Origin: Vairimorpha necatrix
Lineage: Eukaryota
NCBI GenBank assembly: GCA_036630325.1
Contig: CP142728.1
Coordinates: forward strand, 1,364,001 to 1,428,000
DNA length: 64,000 bases
Direction: 5' to 3'
The notes under the pieces were generated by a model. It saw only the letters and a list, made by a program, of their open reading frames with translations, was not told the DNA's origin and ran no database searches. Position 1 is the stretch's first letter. Every line of letters begins with the position of its first letter. Shown piece by piece: positions 23,101 through 36,030 of the stretch. The translations under genes were made by a program, and so were the position numbers.

Positions 23101-26100
23101 ATTTTAATTACGCAAAACAAATATAATGAAACGAACATTACAGAACAACAAAAAATAATATCAGATATAATAGAGTCTCTTTATAAAGATAATAATTTTT
23201 ACTAGCCGATAGTTTACTCCTAGAAACAAACATATGTAAACAATAAATCTTTTAAAATATAATATTGTTGGGTATATAAATTTTTAACTGAAATTATTGT
23301 TTGGTTTGTTTTATTCAGTTTGCCCACACTGCCGCGCACTATTTCTGGCCACCCCCTTCTTAAAGCTCTATTATGTTCTTGATTCCGGATTTACCTCGGA
23401 AAGTTTCTGTTCATGGTCAAAGATGATGCTCTTTAGTGTATTCATTATAATTCATTTTTATGTAACTTCAGTATTATTCTATAGGCCAATGGCATCAACA
23501 TAATTGTTGTAATTTGTTGTCTCTATTCCGTAACAGGTCATTACTTATGGTTTTTTAAAATTTAAATTTATGAATTAGGGTTAATTTATTTGAAAAATAT
23601 TGTACTTTAAAAAAAATTTCATGTTATACTTTGTGTAAAGTTTTCAGGTAAGTTATTAGTATTTCGTTAGTGTTATTTTTTTATTTTTCTTGTCCAATAC
23701 ATGTATATTAGGCATTTTAAATTTTTTATATTTCAGTAAAGATCCTCTTGTCTACCCAAATTCCTGCGTTATTATTAGTTATTTTTACTTGCACTCTGTT
23801 CGTGTACCTTTTTTAATTTTAAGTCCGTACTCTAAGCATAGTTCGAGGTAAATGGATCTAATTCGTCATTTTGTCTTATAGTAAAATCGAATGATAGCCT
23901 ACGATCGCATCATATTGCTAGATGATCTACAGTCTTCATTTTTAATTTTACGCTGTCGACAAAATATTGCTAAGCATAAATGATATTCTTTATAGCCTAT
24001 ATGCTAGAATTTTTGTCTAAATATAATCGTCTTTATTTAAAACTAAGGGCACTAATATTGATGAAAAACATAGAATATGTTTGTATATTTAATTTACTCC
24101 GTTTAGTAAGATTGCAAATGCATATAATTTACTCTTTTGTGAAATGAAAATTTAGTTATAGATAAAATTTGTAGTGTGGTGATTATATACAAACTTTCGA
24201 TCTATAAATATCTTGAAATACTTTTTATAAAAACACAAAAAAAAAAAAATAAAATCCTTTTAAATTTGGTCTTGCATTAGAAACTATTATGAAAAACAAT
24301 AAAATTAAATAATAAATTAACAGAATAAAAAATCAAAAATACAATAGAAAAGGAAAAATTTTAAAAGGATACGTAATTAAAGCAAAAAAAGAAAAGTTAA
24401 ACATGTTTTGAGGAAAATTAGGCAAATAATTTATCAGAATAGTCATGCTGAAAACGAAAAATGGAAAATCAAATTTCAAATTAAAAATTTGTTTACATGA
24501 ATAAAAGAATGTTTAATAAACAAATAAAAAATATTTTAATAGATAGATTCATACTCAGATTAAAACCATACTTCAGTATTTTTTAAAAAATCGTCAGGAA
24601 TGTTTTATATATCGATAATAAATTTACTCAAAAGTAAATTTGTCGATGGGGAAAAAAAAGTCAAAATATGAAAGGATGTTGGAATTTTTAAAATAAAGGT
24701 TTAATAAAATAAAAATTTCAGAATATAAAAATATCGTGAAATTATTTCAGATATATTAGATTCATTAAGAAAAGAATAAAAAGATTAATTTAAAATTTTT
24801 TATTAGATGCGAATATAAATATGGGTACAATTAAGAACCGATTTAGTAATATAAATGGGCTGTAAATAAAGCGCCAAATGTTTAGTTCTTATTCTATGAG
24901 CTAGTTTTAGCAGTTTTCTTTTTTGTTTCGTTGAAAACTAGAAAATAATTATTAGAAAAATTAATGACAATAAAATTCCTTAGATTTTATTATGTGTCTA
25001 TACCAAATAAATAGAGTGTGGGGCTGTTTTTTCATTACTTATATTGCCTTTCTTAAAAAAGACTAATTTTTTTTGTTTCACGTTCATTTTCAAAATTCAT
25101 TTTTCGAAGTATTTTAGAAGAAAGCAAAATTATGTATCACAAGCAATTTTATAATTAGAGCCATGAAATTAAATAAATTGAAATATATCGAGATGAGATT
25201 TATTCATAACCCAGTATTTACTTTTCTTAACAAAAGCAAAAATCCAAAGAATAAGATTGATAATTGATAAAAGTACAAATTATGAAATATTTCTCACAAC
25301 TATTAGAGTTGACGTGGTAAAATCTTGAAATTATTTTTTTGAAATAATAAATTCTAATTTGAATTTTTTTTAGTATTGAAATGCGGTGTTATATCTAATA
25401 TATTATCTAATCTTTATATCTAAAAACAACTTAAATTTTGCTGCTTGCATGAATTGCATTTTTTTATCAAATAAATTATCATAGTGTATTGAAATATTTT
25501 GTTTCTGTCAATTGCCTTTTCTTTTTAATAGTATCTTTAAAAATGTTTCTAGATAATAAAGTAGCCAACCAAATCTATTCATTTGTATTATATGAGTGAT
25601 CACATCTATTTAGCTGCCAAGAACTCATTATTTTTCACCTTTCTTTTTTTCGTGAGATCAACATGTTTAGATCCTTAATATTAAATTAAAAAAAACGAAA
25701 ACCCTTATTACATAATGGATTTTTGCCTCAACAAATTTCGTAAAGCCAGACTTTTTTAGAAATGACAAACACACTTTTTTTTTAAAAAATAATTTTTAGT
25801 TTGTTAAGACAACATTATACAAATGACATGCATAAAAACATCATATAATCTTCTATCTACTACTTTACAAAGATCTTAATATATAATTTTTCTTTGTTTT
25901 AAATTACTAAACAAACTATTATAATCTTATCTTTTGTTATAATATTAAATTTATATTAAATGTTTTAATTTAAAATTATGTGTGCGTATAACATAACATG
26001 CATTGACATTTTTTAACAAAGTTTTTTTTAATGACCCTACTTCAAAAATATAACTAGAAAAGTTTTTTAGAATTTATTAGACATTCATAAAAAATTATAA

Positions 26101-26105
26101 AAATA

Positions 26106-26140
26106 CTAGCGTATGCTTTTCCATGTAAAACGAGATTTAA
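26106..26140 (-). mobile_element. Helitron 3'-end remnant of the same family as 33556-34594
   Basis: The reverse complement reads ...CTCGTTTTACATGGAAAAGCATACGCTAG|T, sharing the exact AAAGCATACGCTAG terminus. Confidence 0.7.
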
Positions 26141-26302
26141 ACAACATGTTTTTTATACCTAATCTTTATCTTTTTTGTATTATTTATATTGGGTTTAAAT
26201 AATAAAATGGGCTTAGGGTCTAATCCTGGTATTTTTTTCTTAAAGAGAGAGCCGAGAGCCTTAAAAAAATTATAGAGAAAGAAAGAAATTAAAAGTTTAA
26301 TT

Positions 26303-27172
26303 TTAATGTAAAGGTTTCAAATGTTTTAAGTGCACCTATATAGGACTTTTAATTATGAATTTTTATTTTACTCTTCTCGGTTTATATTCTTCTATCTATC
26401 CGGCATTAACCACCCGGTATCTAATCCCTCCCTTGAATATCAGATTTTAAAAAAGACTACTTCATTCTTGGAAATTAGTGTAATTCCATCAGCATTGGCA
26501 AATCCTTTTTCATGCTTCACGATTTTATGTTCTTTACCATTTCAGCAAAAGCGTATGAGTAAGATCTGAGCCCGACAGTTATAAAACAGACCTGGAGTGT
26601 TTGTTTTTAGCAAACAGTCAATGAAAAATTCTTTTTTACCATTAGGTATAACTTTAAGTAGAAGCTTTTACGTTTTTTTCAACTCACCAATTATCCAAGT
26701 AGATTTACTGAGCGAATCATACATTTTGGAGGTGATTTTATAAGTTTCCTTTGATTATAACACTCTCATCCACTTGTATGGGGTGATCAGGCCCTTATTT
26801 CCTTCATGTTGTTTTATTGTATTCAGATATTACTCCTATTATTGTACTTTTTAGTTTCATTAGTAATTAATTCACTATAAAATTTCTATGCGTATTATAT
26901 TCATAATTTTTTTTCTTGCCACGAAGACATTATAATTATGTAGTCGCATATGTCTACTTTGAGTTGGTTTTTTTTAGACCTCCAAACTGATTTATTTTTA
27001 TACACACCAAGTTAAACATCTTTGTCGAAAATTGTTACAATACGTAACATCGTGTATAAAACAATACTCTAAGAATATTTCAGACATATTGCTTTCTTCA
27101 AGAAATCCATGGCTGCTTTATTAGTAGAAAAATATCCGATCTTGAATTTCTTAGTTCTCCTAAGTTTCTCAT
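26303..27172 (-). pseudogene. Heavily decayed Merlin transposase, related to element B
   Basis: CCC motif plus ATG gives MRNLGELRNSRSDIFSTNKAAMDF (compare MEPLDSRSKIFQDPHEAICW). Also YDSLSKSTWIIG...LKVIPN and EHKIVKHEKGFANADG...LKSDI. No matched TIR pair found. Confidence 0.7.
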
Positions 27173-29175
27173 TTTAGGGTTGTAATTCCCAAATTTAGAT
27201 CTATTCTCGCAAACCTTCTACTTTTTTACGTTCAACGCCAAGGAATGAGCTCTAGCTTCGACTTCAAATTACCCTGGTGTATCTCTGCGCGGAAAAACGC
27301 AAAAAGTTACTCAAATTCTAACAGATAGATTATTTAATAAGAATACTGATGCTAAACAATAGCTGACTGTCTCATCCATTGGATAAAGGTCTATGAAGGT
27401 TATGAAAAAAAATCAGTACTAACATGGTCCAATAAAGAAAACAAGGCATTTTTACTCTTAGTTATTCATGTAACTGCATATATTTTAATTAAAATGAGCT
27501 TTTTGCTAATCACTTGTCGCATACTGTCGTGTAGAATAAAACAATAATTCTGAACATTCGAGAAATTGCTTCTAAATACAAATATATTATATAATAAAAA
27601 ACATATTAGTAAACATTATTTATTGCAAAAAAAATATTTTTTACATTTTTTTATAATGTTTTCTATGAATTTTAATGTTTATGTACTAAAAAATATTTTT
27701 TTAAAATACATTTTGTACAAAAGAATTCTTATACTGATAATCGTAAAATTTTTTAAGCAATATCAAGAAACCACTTCATATGAAGATAATTTTTGTAAAT
27801 GACACAAAAAAAACTAGAGAACGATAGTAAAACCAATAATAAACAATAATATGTAGAACGTTTACGCGTTTGGACATTTGTTTAATGATTTATATTTCAG
27901 ATTCTATGGATAAAATCTCATATAAGCAATATCAACCCATGTAGTTATAACGTATATAGATGATTAATAAATATAAGCTCGTTTCCAAATAATTTTTTCA
28001 TGTTTTTATAAATATGTTGTACAATATAGACAACCATTTCTTTATTTGCATTTGACCCGTACGGTATTATGATCATATTTTACGAATTTAAAAAAATGTC
28101 TTTTTTGATTATTAATTTTTAGATCAATGTTTGAACTTGGTTCATACTTGTTTTCTAAAACATACTTTTAATGATATTTCTCTTTACTACTACTGCATCC
28201 GTAGATTTTGTTTTTATCCATTCATACACGTAATAGAAAGTTTTTATAAGCATTTCGATATTTTTTCAAATATTAACGTAATTTTGTATCGTAAATACGA
28301 ACAATTGCTATTATAAAGATACATAATATACTTTTAATAATTTTTTTCGTTAAATTCATATGAAATATAAATAATAAATTATAAGATGTATTTGTCTCAA
28401 TTATATTGTATTGGACCTAAAAACCCTGCATTGCTTATAAAATTGTTCTTAAAACTTTTATTATCGTGGGATATTTACGCTTAAGCTATATTTTTACTAG
28501 CTTTATCATCACGACGCCACTATCTTTAGAATTTGCATTTTGTACGTTTATCACACTTAGTCATATTCTATCAGCATCTTCTCAATTTTATCATTTGCTC
28601 TTTTGCATTAGACAGACTCCAAAATCCTTTTCTCCATATGGACTAGACGAATACTTTGAGAAAGGATTGTATCGCTTGACCTTGCTAGTAATACATGTTT
28701 TTAATGTCAACAAATTCAAAAGCAAATATTTTGTTCGGATTTATGTGTTATGCTTAGTTTATTTAAAAAAAATTTATTTGCGTTAAATAAAAATTTGCAC
28801 ATCATTCTCTGTTGTTATTATTAATAATTTTATATTCGTAGCCTTTTGTTTATAAAAATGTTATGAAAAGTAATTGCTAAAATAAAAAAAAAATATAAAA
28901 AAGAGATACGTGAAGTATGACTATAAATCAAAAAAAGACATTATAATGATTTTACAAAAAGAGACCATTGATAAATTTAACAGGAAGATTATAATGTTAA
29001 AATTATAAAGGTTATAACAAAATCGCTTAAAAATCGCCAAACAAGAATACCTCTAAATAAAGTAAAATCCAACAATATCCGTAATTTCTATGATGGAGAT
29101 AGCGAATTGCTGTATGAACGATATCATGCATTTTTGTAAAACAGCTTAGAAAATAAAATAAAAATATTTAATTGA

Positions 29176-31418
29176 TTATTTAAAGGCATCTAAAGCTTTA
29201 GTAAATGATTCGTGCATTTTAATTCCTTCGGTCTTGTTCAATATTTCTAGAATTATTGTTTCATCTAACATCATTTTAACATTTTGAAAGATTTTTCTTA
29301 ATTTTACCTTTTCTACGTGACATATTTTCATTTCACTTTCGAATAAATTATTAAAAGCTTTAGGTAATTCAATCGAGGCCTGTTTTCTTAATCTAACTTC
29401 TATATTATTTCTCAAAATTTGTATAAAATCATCTTCTATTTCATTTTTATAATCATTTATTAATTCTTCTTGTGTTTCATTTTTTTTATAAATTCATTAA
29501 ATATATTTTCGATGATTATTTTTCCTTTTTTTATTTGTTCATTTTCATAATATGTTCTAATATCTTCGTCGAAAATATCTTTAAGCTCTTCTTCCAAGGG
29601 ATTTGATTTGATTATGTTTAAATCATAATCTAATGATGAGTTTTTTAACATTTCTCTTATTTTTTTTGTTTCTTGCTCTTTTAACTTTCTCTTTTTTTCA
29701 TATTCTTCATCTTCATCTGTGTTTTTTTGTAGATTATTTTTTATAATATTGGCCTTTTCCTCTATCTCATTTCCATCAAGTTGAAAGTTTTCACAAATTT
29801 CATTTCTTATGAAATCTTCCTTGGTATCTTTGTATACAAAACGCGAACTAGCCAATCCTGTAAATAATGATGTCATTTTGCATACATTTTTCAAAACTTC
29901 GTTTTTATATTTTATAATATTTTGGATATGGTAATTTTCTACTTCCTTTATGATTTTTACGATATTAATACATCTGCTATTTCTATCTGAACGAGATATC
30001 TTTTCATTATTTTTCTCTTGTATATATTCATTTATATCTATTAATATTTTCCAAATATATTCGTTGTTTATGTTTTTTTTATTAATATATTCTTCTGCTT
30101 CCAAAAGTAGGAAAATTTTTATTAAATAACAATCTGAAAATTGAAGCCCTGACAATCTATATGATAATTTTTTTATAATTTTGTTTTTATTATCTTCTTC
30201 ATTGTTTGATCTAAATATTATCTCACCTGTTGTGTAATCCAATTCATCTTCCTCTACGATGTACATATGTTTAATAATAAAATTAAAAATTAATTTTAAT
30301 GCAGTTTCTTGTTTGTTCATTATTCTCATTATGAGAAATTCAACTTTGTTGTAATTTTTTAGTAAAGTATAAAAAAATTCAACACATTTATAATCTTTTG
30401 TATTTGCTATAAAATTAATCTTTTCCAATATTTTCTTAATTTCATCAAAAAAATTATTGTTTATAAATTTTTTTTCACCATCGTCCTTGTTTGATTCATT
30501 TTTTAAATATACAGAATTTTTTGTATATCCATTAAAAAAGCTTATAGAGTCTAAGTGTACCTCTATTTTGAATTTTTTAGGCATTATCTTTTCGATTTTG
30601 TTGCGTGAAATTTCTAAACATCTAATTTCGCCCCTTGCCTCAATATGATACAAATCATTGACGTTGAAAATCTCATATATTTTTTTTAGTATTTTTGCAT
30701 CGTGATGACCCATATTTCTTGTATTTACTTCAGCAAAAGTATTAAGTTCTTTATTGTCAAGATCGTTTATATCGAATTTAAACAAATAAAACATGTTATG
30801 TATTATAACGCATAATCTAAAATAGTAACTAATATCGTCTTCGTTTCTGCTGTAACTTATCATGAATTCTGGTTCACGAAACTTATATCCGTTTTTTGAA
30901 TTGAAATTTTCTATTTCCAATAATATTTTGTCAAAATAACCATCCGCTGCATAGATATTCTCATAATAAATTTCAATTCCTTTCTTTTTAACTCTTCTTT
31001 TAGCATTTATTTGATTTAATTTTTCTATAATTTTTTTCACGATACTATTACTTTCTCTATATTCATATTGTGAGTATGACAATAAAATGTAGTCAATGCT
31101 TAAAGTAGATGTAATCTTCTTTATGAATTTTTCTATTTCTTCAATAATATTATAAGTGGATTTGTTAGCATAATCAATAATTATATACCCAAATTCATTA
31201 GAAATAGTTTCATTCAAAATATTATTCACAAGCAAACAACATAATTTCTTATTATTTTCATTACAAGTAATTTGTATTTGCGTATATTTCTTATTTAGGT
31301 TGAAAACTGTATACTTCCTATTCTCAATTTGCTTTAGTATAATTCCATTTATTTTGTTATAAATATTTATATTTGATTTTACAAACCAAATTACAACAAA
31401 AAATTTGATTATATTCAT
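29176..31418 (-). CDS. Uncharacterised, probably secreted protein (652 aa as assembled; 747 aa if one frameshift is corrected)
   Basis: Long ORF with CCCCTA immediately before the ATG, a short hydrophobic N-terminus and a charged, helical-looking C-terminus. One extra A in the 8-nt run at 29480-29487 joins it in frame to ORF 29176-29415. Confidence 0.85.
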
Positions 31419-31771
31419 TAGGGGAAAAATAAAATTAGTATTTTAATTGTTTTAAAAATTAAAAAAAATTTCTAATTTTAAAGAAATCGTAAAATTAACT
31501 GAAAATAAATTATCAAGGTTTTGAACTTAACATTTCAAAAATCTCATTTGGGTTGTACAAATCTTAATGGCTGTCAATAATTTTTTAAATTTTTTTGCAG
31601 AAATTTTAAAAAGAACAATATAGAAAGTAACTCGGCCAAAGTGAACTTTAGACAATATCTATTATAGACTTATAAGAAAAATTGAAAGGGTTTTCATTTG
31701 ATTCTAGAATCCGTGTAAAAATTATTATCATATTTTTTTTGTACGTGTTGTACTCAAAGCGGGGGTTCAAG

Positions 31772-32724
31772 GGCAGTCTGGTAGCCAAAAATCCCTTAAA
31801 AGGAATTTTTAAAAAATCACCCCAAAAATGAAAAGTCCAAGGGAAAAATTTAAAAATCATTTGAATAATTTTATCAAACAAATCCCCTTCAAAATTTCTT
31901 CTAAGCATAAATCTTACCAAAGAACTCTTTATTAATCTTTTCGTTCTATTCCTTATGGAAGTTTCACTTTTAACAGCGCTCCAATTACCTTCGATAGTAT
32001 TAGTATGGCATGAATTATTATTATTAACAAATTCTTTTGCATGATTAACCGTCTTATGTTGTTGAAAAATTGAACACAACCTAGAATATGAAGAGAAGCA
32101 ATCACTATGTATGATAGATTCTGGGTGAACATATTTAATTAAAAGTTCTTCAAGTGTAGTTGCTCTTCTATTATCAACAGAGGCAAACACAATTTTCCTT
32201 TGAGGTGTTCTTTCTACCATTCCGAAAATCCAAACAGCTTCTACCCTATGGCCTCTATGTTATTTTACTTTACCAAACTTACTTTCATCTATTTCCACAA
32301 CAATCCCAGGTCCTCCTATTATACCTGTTTCAACGTAAACAGAATTTTCGATGGAATTTACTGTTAAAGAAATGATTTTTCTTACACTTTTAATGCTAAT
32401 TCCAAGAAATTCCGCAATAGATTTATACTTTACATTAACAGACCATAATTTAATAATTAATAACATAGTATTAATTCGAAGCTTGTTATTGTAGAATGGA
32501 GTGTTTTTTAAAAAGACCATTTACTTCTACATTTAGACCAAGTACATCGAAAAATAAAATTTTCATTATATTTTTTACTTATAGAACCACATTTTATACA
32601 TGATTTGCTTGTTTTTTCAATATATTTTAAAAAAAATTTCAAAAAGTTTTTCCTCTTGACTTTTCATTTTTGGGGTGATTTTTTTAAAAATTCCTTTTAA
32701 GGGATTTTTGGCCACCAGACTGCC
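31772..32724 (-). mobile_element. Merlin transposon with ~66-bp TIRs and a frameshifted transposase
   Basis: TIRs GGCAGTCTGGTAGCCAAAAATCCCTTAAAAGGAATT... and ...GGGATTTTTGGCCACCAGACTGCC. Transposase from ATG 32667 contains CIKC, VEIDESKFGK, IHSDCFSSY, TVNH and HTNTIEGNWS. No matching TSD. Confidence 0.92.
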
Positions 32725-32739
32725 ATAGCTCCCATTCAT

Positions 32740-33030
32740 TTTAATGTGATGAAGAAAACTCCAGAGTACATCTCTTTGGAACGACAACGAAGATATGATA
32801 AAGAGGATGCAGGAGAGGAAGAAGTAACTAGAGCTATAAGCGCACTAGCGAATATGGCTTGATAAAGAAGTGTGTCAGCAAAGGAGAATGAAGCTAAAAA
32901 TTTAGAGTTGAAAAACATAAATAATTCCACAGAAACCAAAGTCTATGAAGAGCCGAATCTAGTGAGCGATACCGGGCCAAACTGTGCCAATCTAACTTTA
33001 ATGATAAATTAAGCTAATAAATTTTTTATA
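32740..33030 (+). pseudogene. 3' fragment of an unknown gene, paralogous to 18307-18535
   Basis: Reads GEEEVTRAISALANMA*...SAKENEAKNLELKNINNSTETKVYEEPNLVSDTGPNC. It lies next to the Merlin TIR. Confidence 0.6.
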
Positions 33031-33555
33031 TGTTGTCACCACTAAACACAAACATTGGCGTACTTACGAATGTAGTAACGACCATGCAACTTTCGTTTGA
33101 TTGTGTGACCCAACTTGACATGCCATCCGAAACGGTTGACATATTTTTGACATCTGTCCATGTGTTGTAGTAATGTACATCACAGTATCTAAGAAAAACA
33201 AAATCTCAATAAAGAATATTAGTTTAATCATATAAATATGTTTTTATTATTTTGTAGTTGAAATTATTAAAAGAATGTAGTTCATATATAGTTGTAGCAG
33301 ATCAAATACATATTAAACATATTCTTACAAATGACAGTTTTAACTTGTTGAAAAATTTATTTAAAAACATTTACTTTAGAGTGTATGGAAAATAAGAATA
33401 ACAAAATTGCCAGATATAATAGAGAAATTGAAATACGATGCCAGTAAATCTTAAAATGTACGGTCACATATGAAAGTATTTTGCATATAATATAGGATAT
33501 ATACTCGTTTTTGCCGCGTAAAATGTATATTATTTTTTAGTATAACAAGTATATA

Positions 33556-34594
33556 TCATATATATAAAAGAATTCTTTTTTAATTTTTTGCCCCTCCTTT
33601 TTGTAGTTTTGAAATCTCTAAACTATTTATTTTGGTCTTATTAAGATATTATAATATAAAATATAAACTTAATGAAGGATTTTGACTATCACAGGTCCGT
33701 GTACTGTATGTTAATGCATTTTTATTCTTATTATTATTTTTGTAAAACTCAGTTCCAAAATATCGTCAGAATCGTTTTTTAGAATTTATTTAACCCTTCT
33801 AGAAAAAATTCACAAAACAATTAACAAATAAGAAATTGAATGTAAGTGTCAAAAACTGAGCTGTAAGAGTTTTAAACATATCTCATTAAGATTAATAAGT
33901 GTTTTCAGCTTCATTTTACTCTTTAAATGTTACTAAAAAGTATTTCAAAATCATGTCTAAACTCTGTCAAATTCAAAAACCCCAAATGGAAACTTAAAAA
34001 AATTTAAGGATGAAATACATATTAGTAAAACTAAACATTTCGATCCCGTTTTCAAAACGGGAAAGCATACGCTAGTCATATATATAAAAGAATTTTATTT
34101 AATTTTTTACCCCTCTTTTTTGTGATTTTGTAAAATCTAAACTTCATATTTTAAACTTATTATGTTAATATAATATCGGTTTTCGATTTAGTTTTTCAAT
34201 TTGATAATTGTAAGTGTGTATATTATGTGTTAATGCATTTTTATTCTAATTATTATTTTTGTTAAACTCAGTTCCAAAATATCGTCAGAATCGTTTTTTA
34301 GAATTTATTTGACCCTTCCATGAAAAATTGTAAAAACATTCATGTGAAAACAATTTCTAATAAGTGTCAAAAATTGAGCTTAAAAGTTCCCAAAATTATT
34401 TCAATATGACTCATAAGTGTTTTAAACTCAACTTTACTCCTTATATGTCACTAAAAAGTATTTTTGAAAACGATGTCTTCATCCTATCAAATTCAATCAT
34501 CCCAAAATGGAAACTTACTAAAATTTACCGAGGCGGGACATATTAAAACCCTAAACATTTAGATCCCGTTTCAAAACGGGAAAGCATACGCTAG
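33556..34594 (+). mobile_element. Head-to-tail dimer of a ~520-bp non-autonomous Helitron (33556-34075 and 34076-34594)
   Basis: Structure A|TCATATATATAAAAGAATT...CTAG|TCATATATATAAAAGAATT...CTAG|T. Each unit has a CCCGTTT(T)CAAAACGGG hairpin ending 10 nt before CTAG. Inserted between A and T with no TSD. Confidence 0.92.
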
Positions 34595-34815
34595 TATATT
34601 AGAAAGGTATATTTAAATCAAAGAAAATCTTATATAATTTTATTTTATATAAGAAAGCATAGAACTAATATTGTAAATTGTTCTATTATTTGGTTAAATC
34701 GCTTAATGATCTTTCAATCTGACTAATATGAAATGTTTCTTTATGCATAGAAAAAAAAATAAAAGAAAGTTAAACTATAATTGGTTTTCGTAAAGGATAA
34801 CAAAATTTTAAATAA

Positions 34816-34887
34816 GTGTGCTTGGCAGAATGGTTGCACCTTGATCTGTGATATCAAAGGTCCAAGGTTCGATTCCCGGTGGCAATA
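34816..34887 (+). tRNA. tRNA-His(GUG)-like sequence, probably a pseudogene
   Basis: D arm GCAG-AATGG-TTGC. Anticodon arm TTGAT-CTGTGAT-ATCAA with GTG at 34848-34850. B-box GGTTCGATTCC. The T stem has mismatches and the acceptor stem does not pair well. Confidence 0.65.
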
Positions 34888-35589
34888 TAATTAAAATTTA
34901 TATTCGCTGTGTAGAAATAGATGCTGTTGGGCATATATATAGACGTCAATAAAAATAATATTGCAAAATTGATAGACTAAACAAATATTATGAAAAGTAT
35001 CTCTTGTAATAAATTGATCATTAATTTCTAAAATATATTAACATTTTGAATTCTTATTACATATAATTTGTCCTTCTGTGTTTCATAATACCATAGCTGT
35101 ATATTCTATAGGAATCTAAAAGCCAATTATGGCATTCTTGATGTAGAAATTTATGAAGTTTGTTTTTATACAAACAAGATATAGTATAAGATGGAGATCT
35201 GTTCAATTATTTCATTAGTTACAAAGAAGTTTAATAAGTTTGCTTTTAGTGTTCTGTGTAAGAGAAAGAGCCATCTGGGATCCAGATGATTTATTTTTAT
35301 ATAGACATTATATTAATCTGATAAATCTATACAGAGGTTTTAAAACCTTCATTTTAATATATTTTAATGATTTAATGACGCGATTAGAGGCTTGTATATA
35401 AAAATATTCTCATCAAATCTAAATGGTTACGTCGGAGATAGTGAAGCGCAAGTATTCGGTAATAGTTAAGTGAGTAGAAATACCCTATTTTAATTGGATT
35501 GTTAACTCAATTTCTTTTATGTTTATGTATAATATTTCATCTTCCCTTCTACTCGCCAAGAATATGAAATTTTAAAGTAAATATAGGCT

Positions 35590-36030
35590 ATAAGTCAAAA
35601 TTTTGTTTTTTGAACTTCCAAATTTTTAATTTTTCAAGGATGACAAGTAAATATATTCAAATACCAAGAATAAGAATAAAATCATGAAAAAATAAATTAT
35701 CTTAAATGACATAATTTTGATTTACTTTTTTCATGATGAAAAGAACATATACACATTTATAAAAAATAAGAAGTTGATATAAATCATGAAAAAATATTTG
35801 TCTTAATTGCAATAATTTCTAATTTTAGAGTTTTGACATTTTCATTTTTAAAATGAGGAAAATTTTATATATATATATATATACAATAAGACAAAAAAGA
35901 AAATTATGAAAAGATAATTAGTCTAAAATGCAATAATTTCTAATTTTAGAGATTTAAATTTTAGATTTTCAAACACAATAAGTAAATATACAAATGTAAT
36001 AAGATGAAGAAGAAATCATGATAATTAACT
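35590..36030. repeat. Degenerate tandem repeat, ~100-120-bp unit, about 4 copies
   Basis: AAAT(C/T)ATGA recurs at ~35680, 35781, 35901 and 36014. TGCAATAATTTCTAATTTTAGAG occurs twice. Confidence 0.55.

Noticed and set aside
23280-23580. GC-richer minus-strand coding-like remnant (HEQKLSEVNPESRT, ALRRGWPEIVRGSVG)
   Set aside because: Multiple stops and no recognisable family. Needs a translated search.
31648-31850. C-terminal extension of the 190-aa ORF beyond the Merlin end
   Set aside because: Read-through across the TIR into flanking DNA, probably after loss of the natural stop in a homopolymer run. Not a real fusion domain.
33040-33190. GC-richer segment with a minus-strand reading (KYVNRFGWHVKLGHTIKRKLHGRYY)
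   Set aside because: Short, with no start or context and no recognisable motif.
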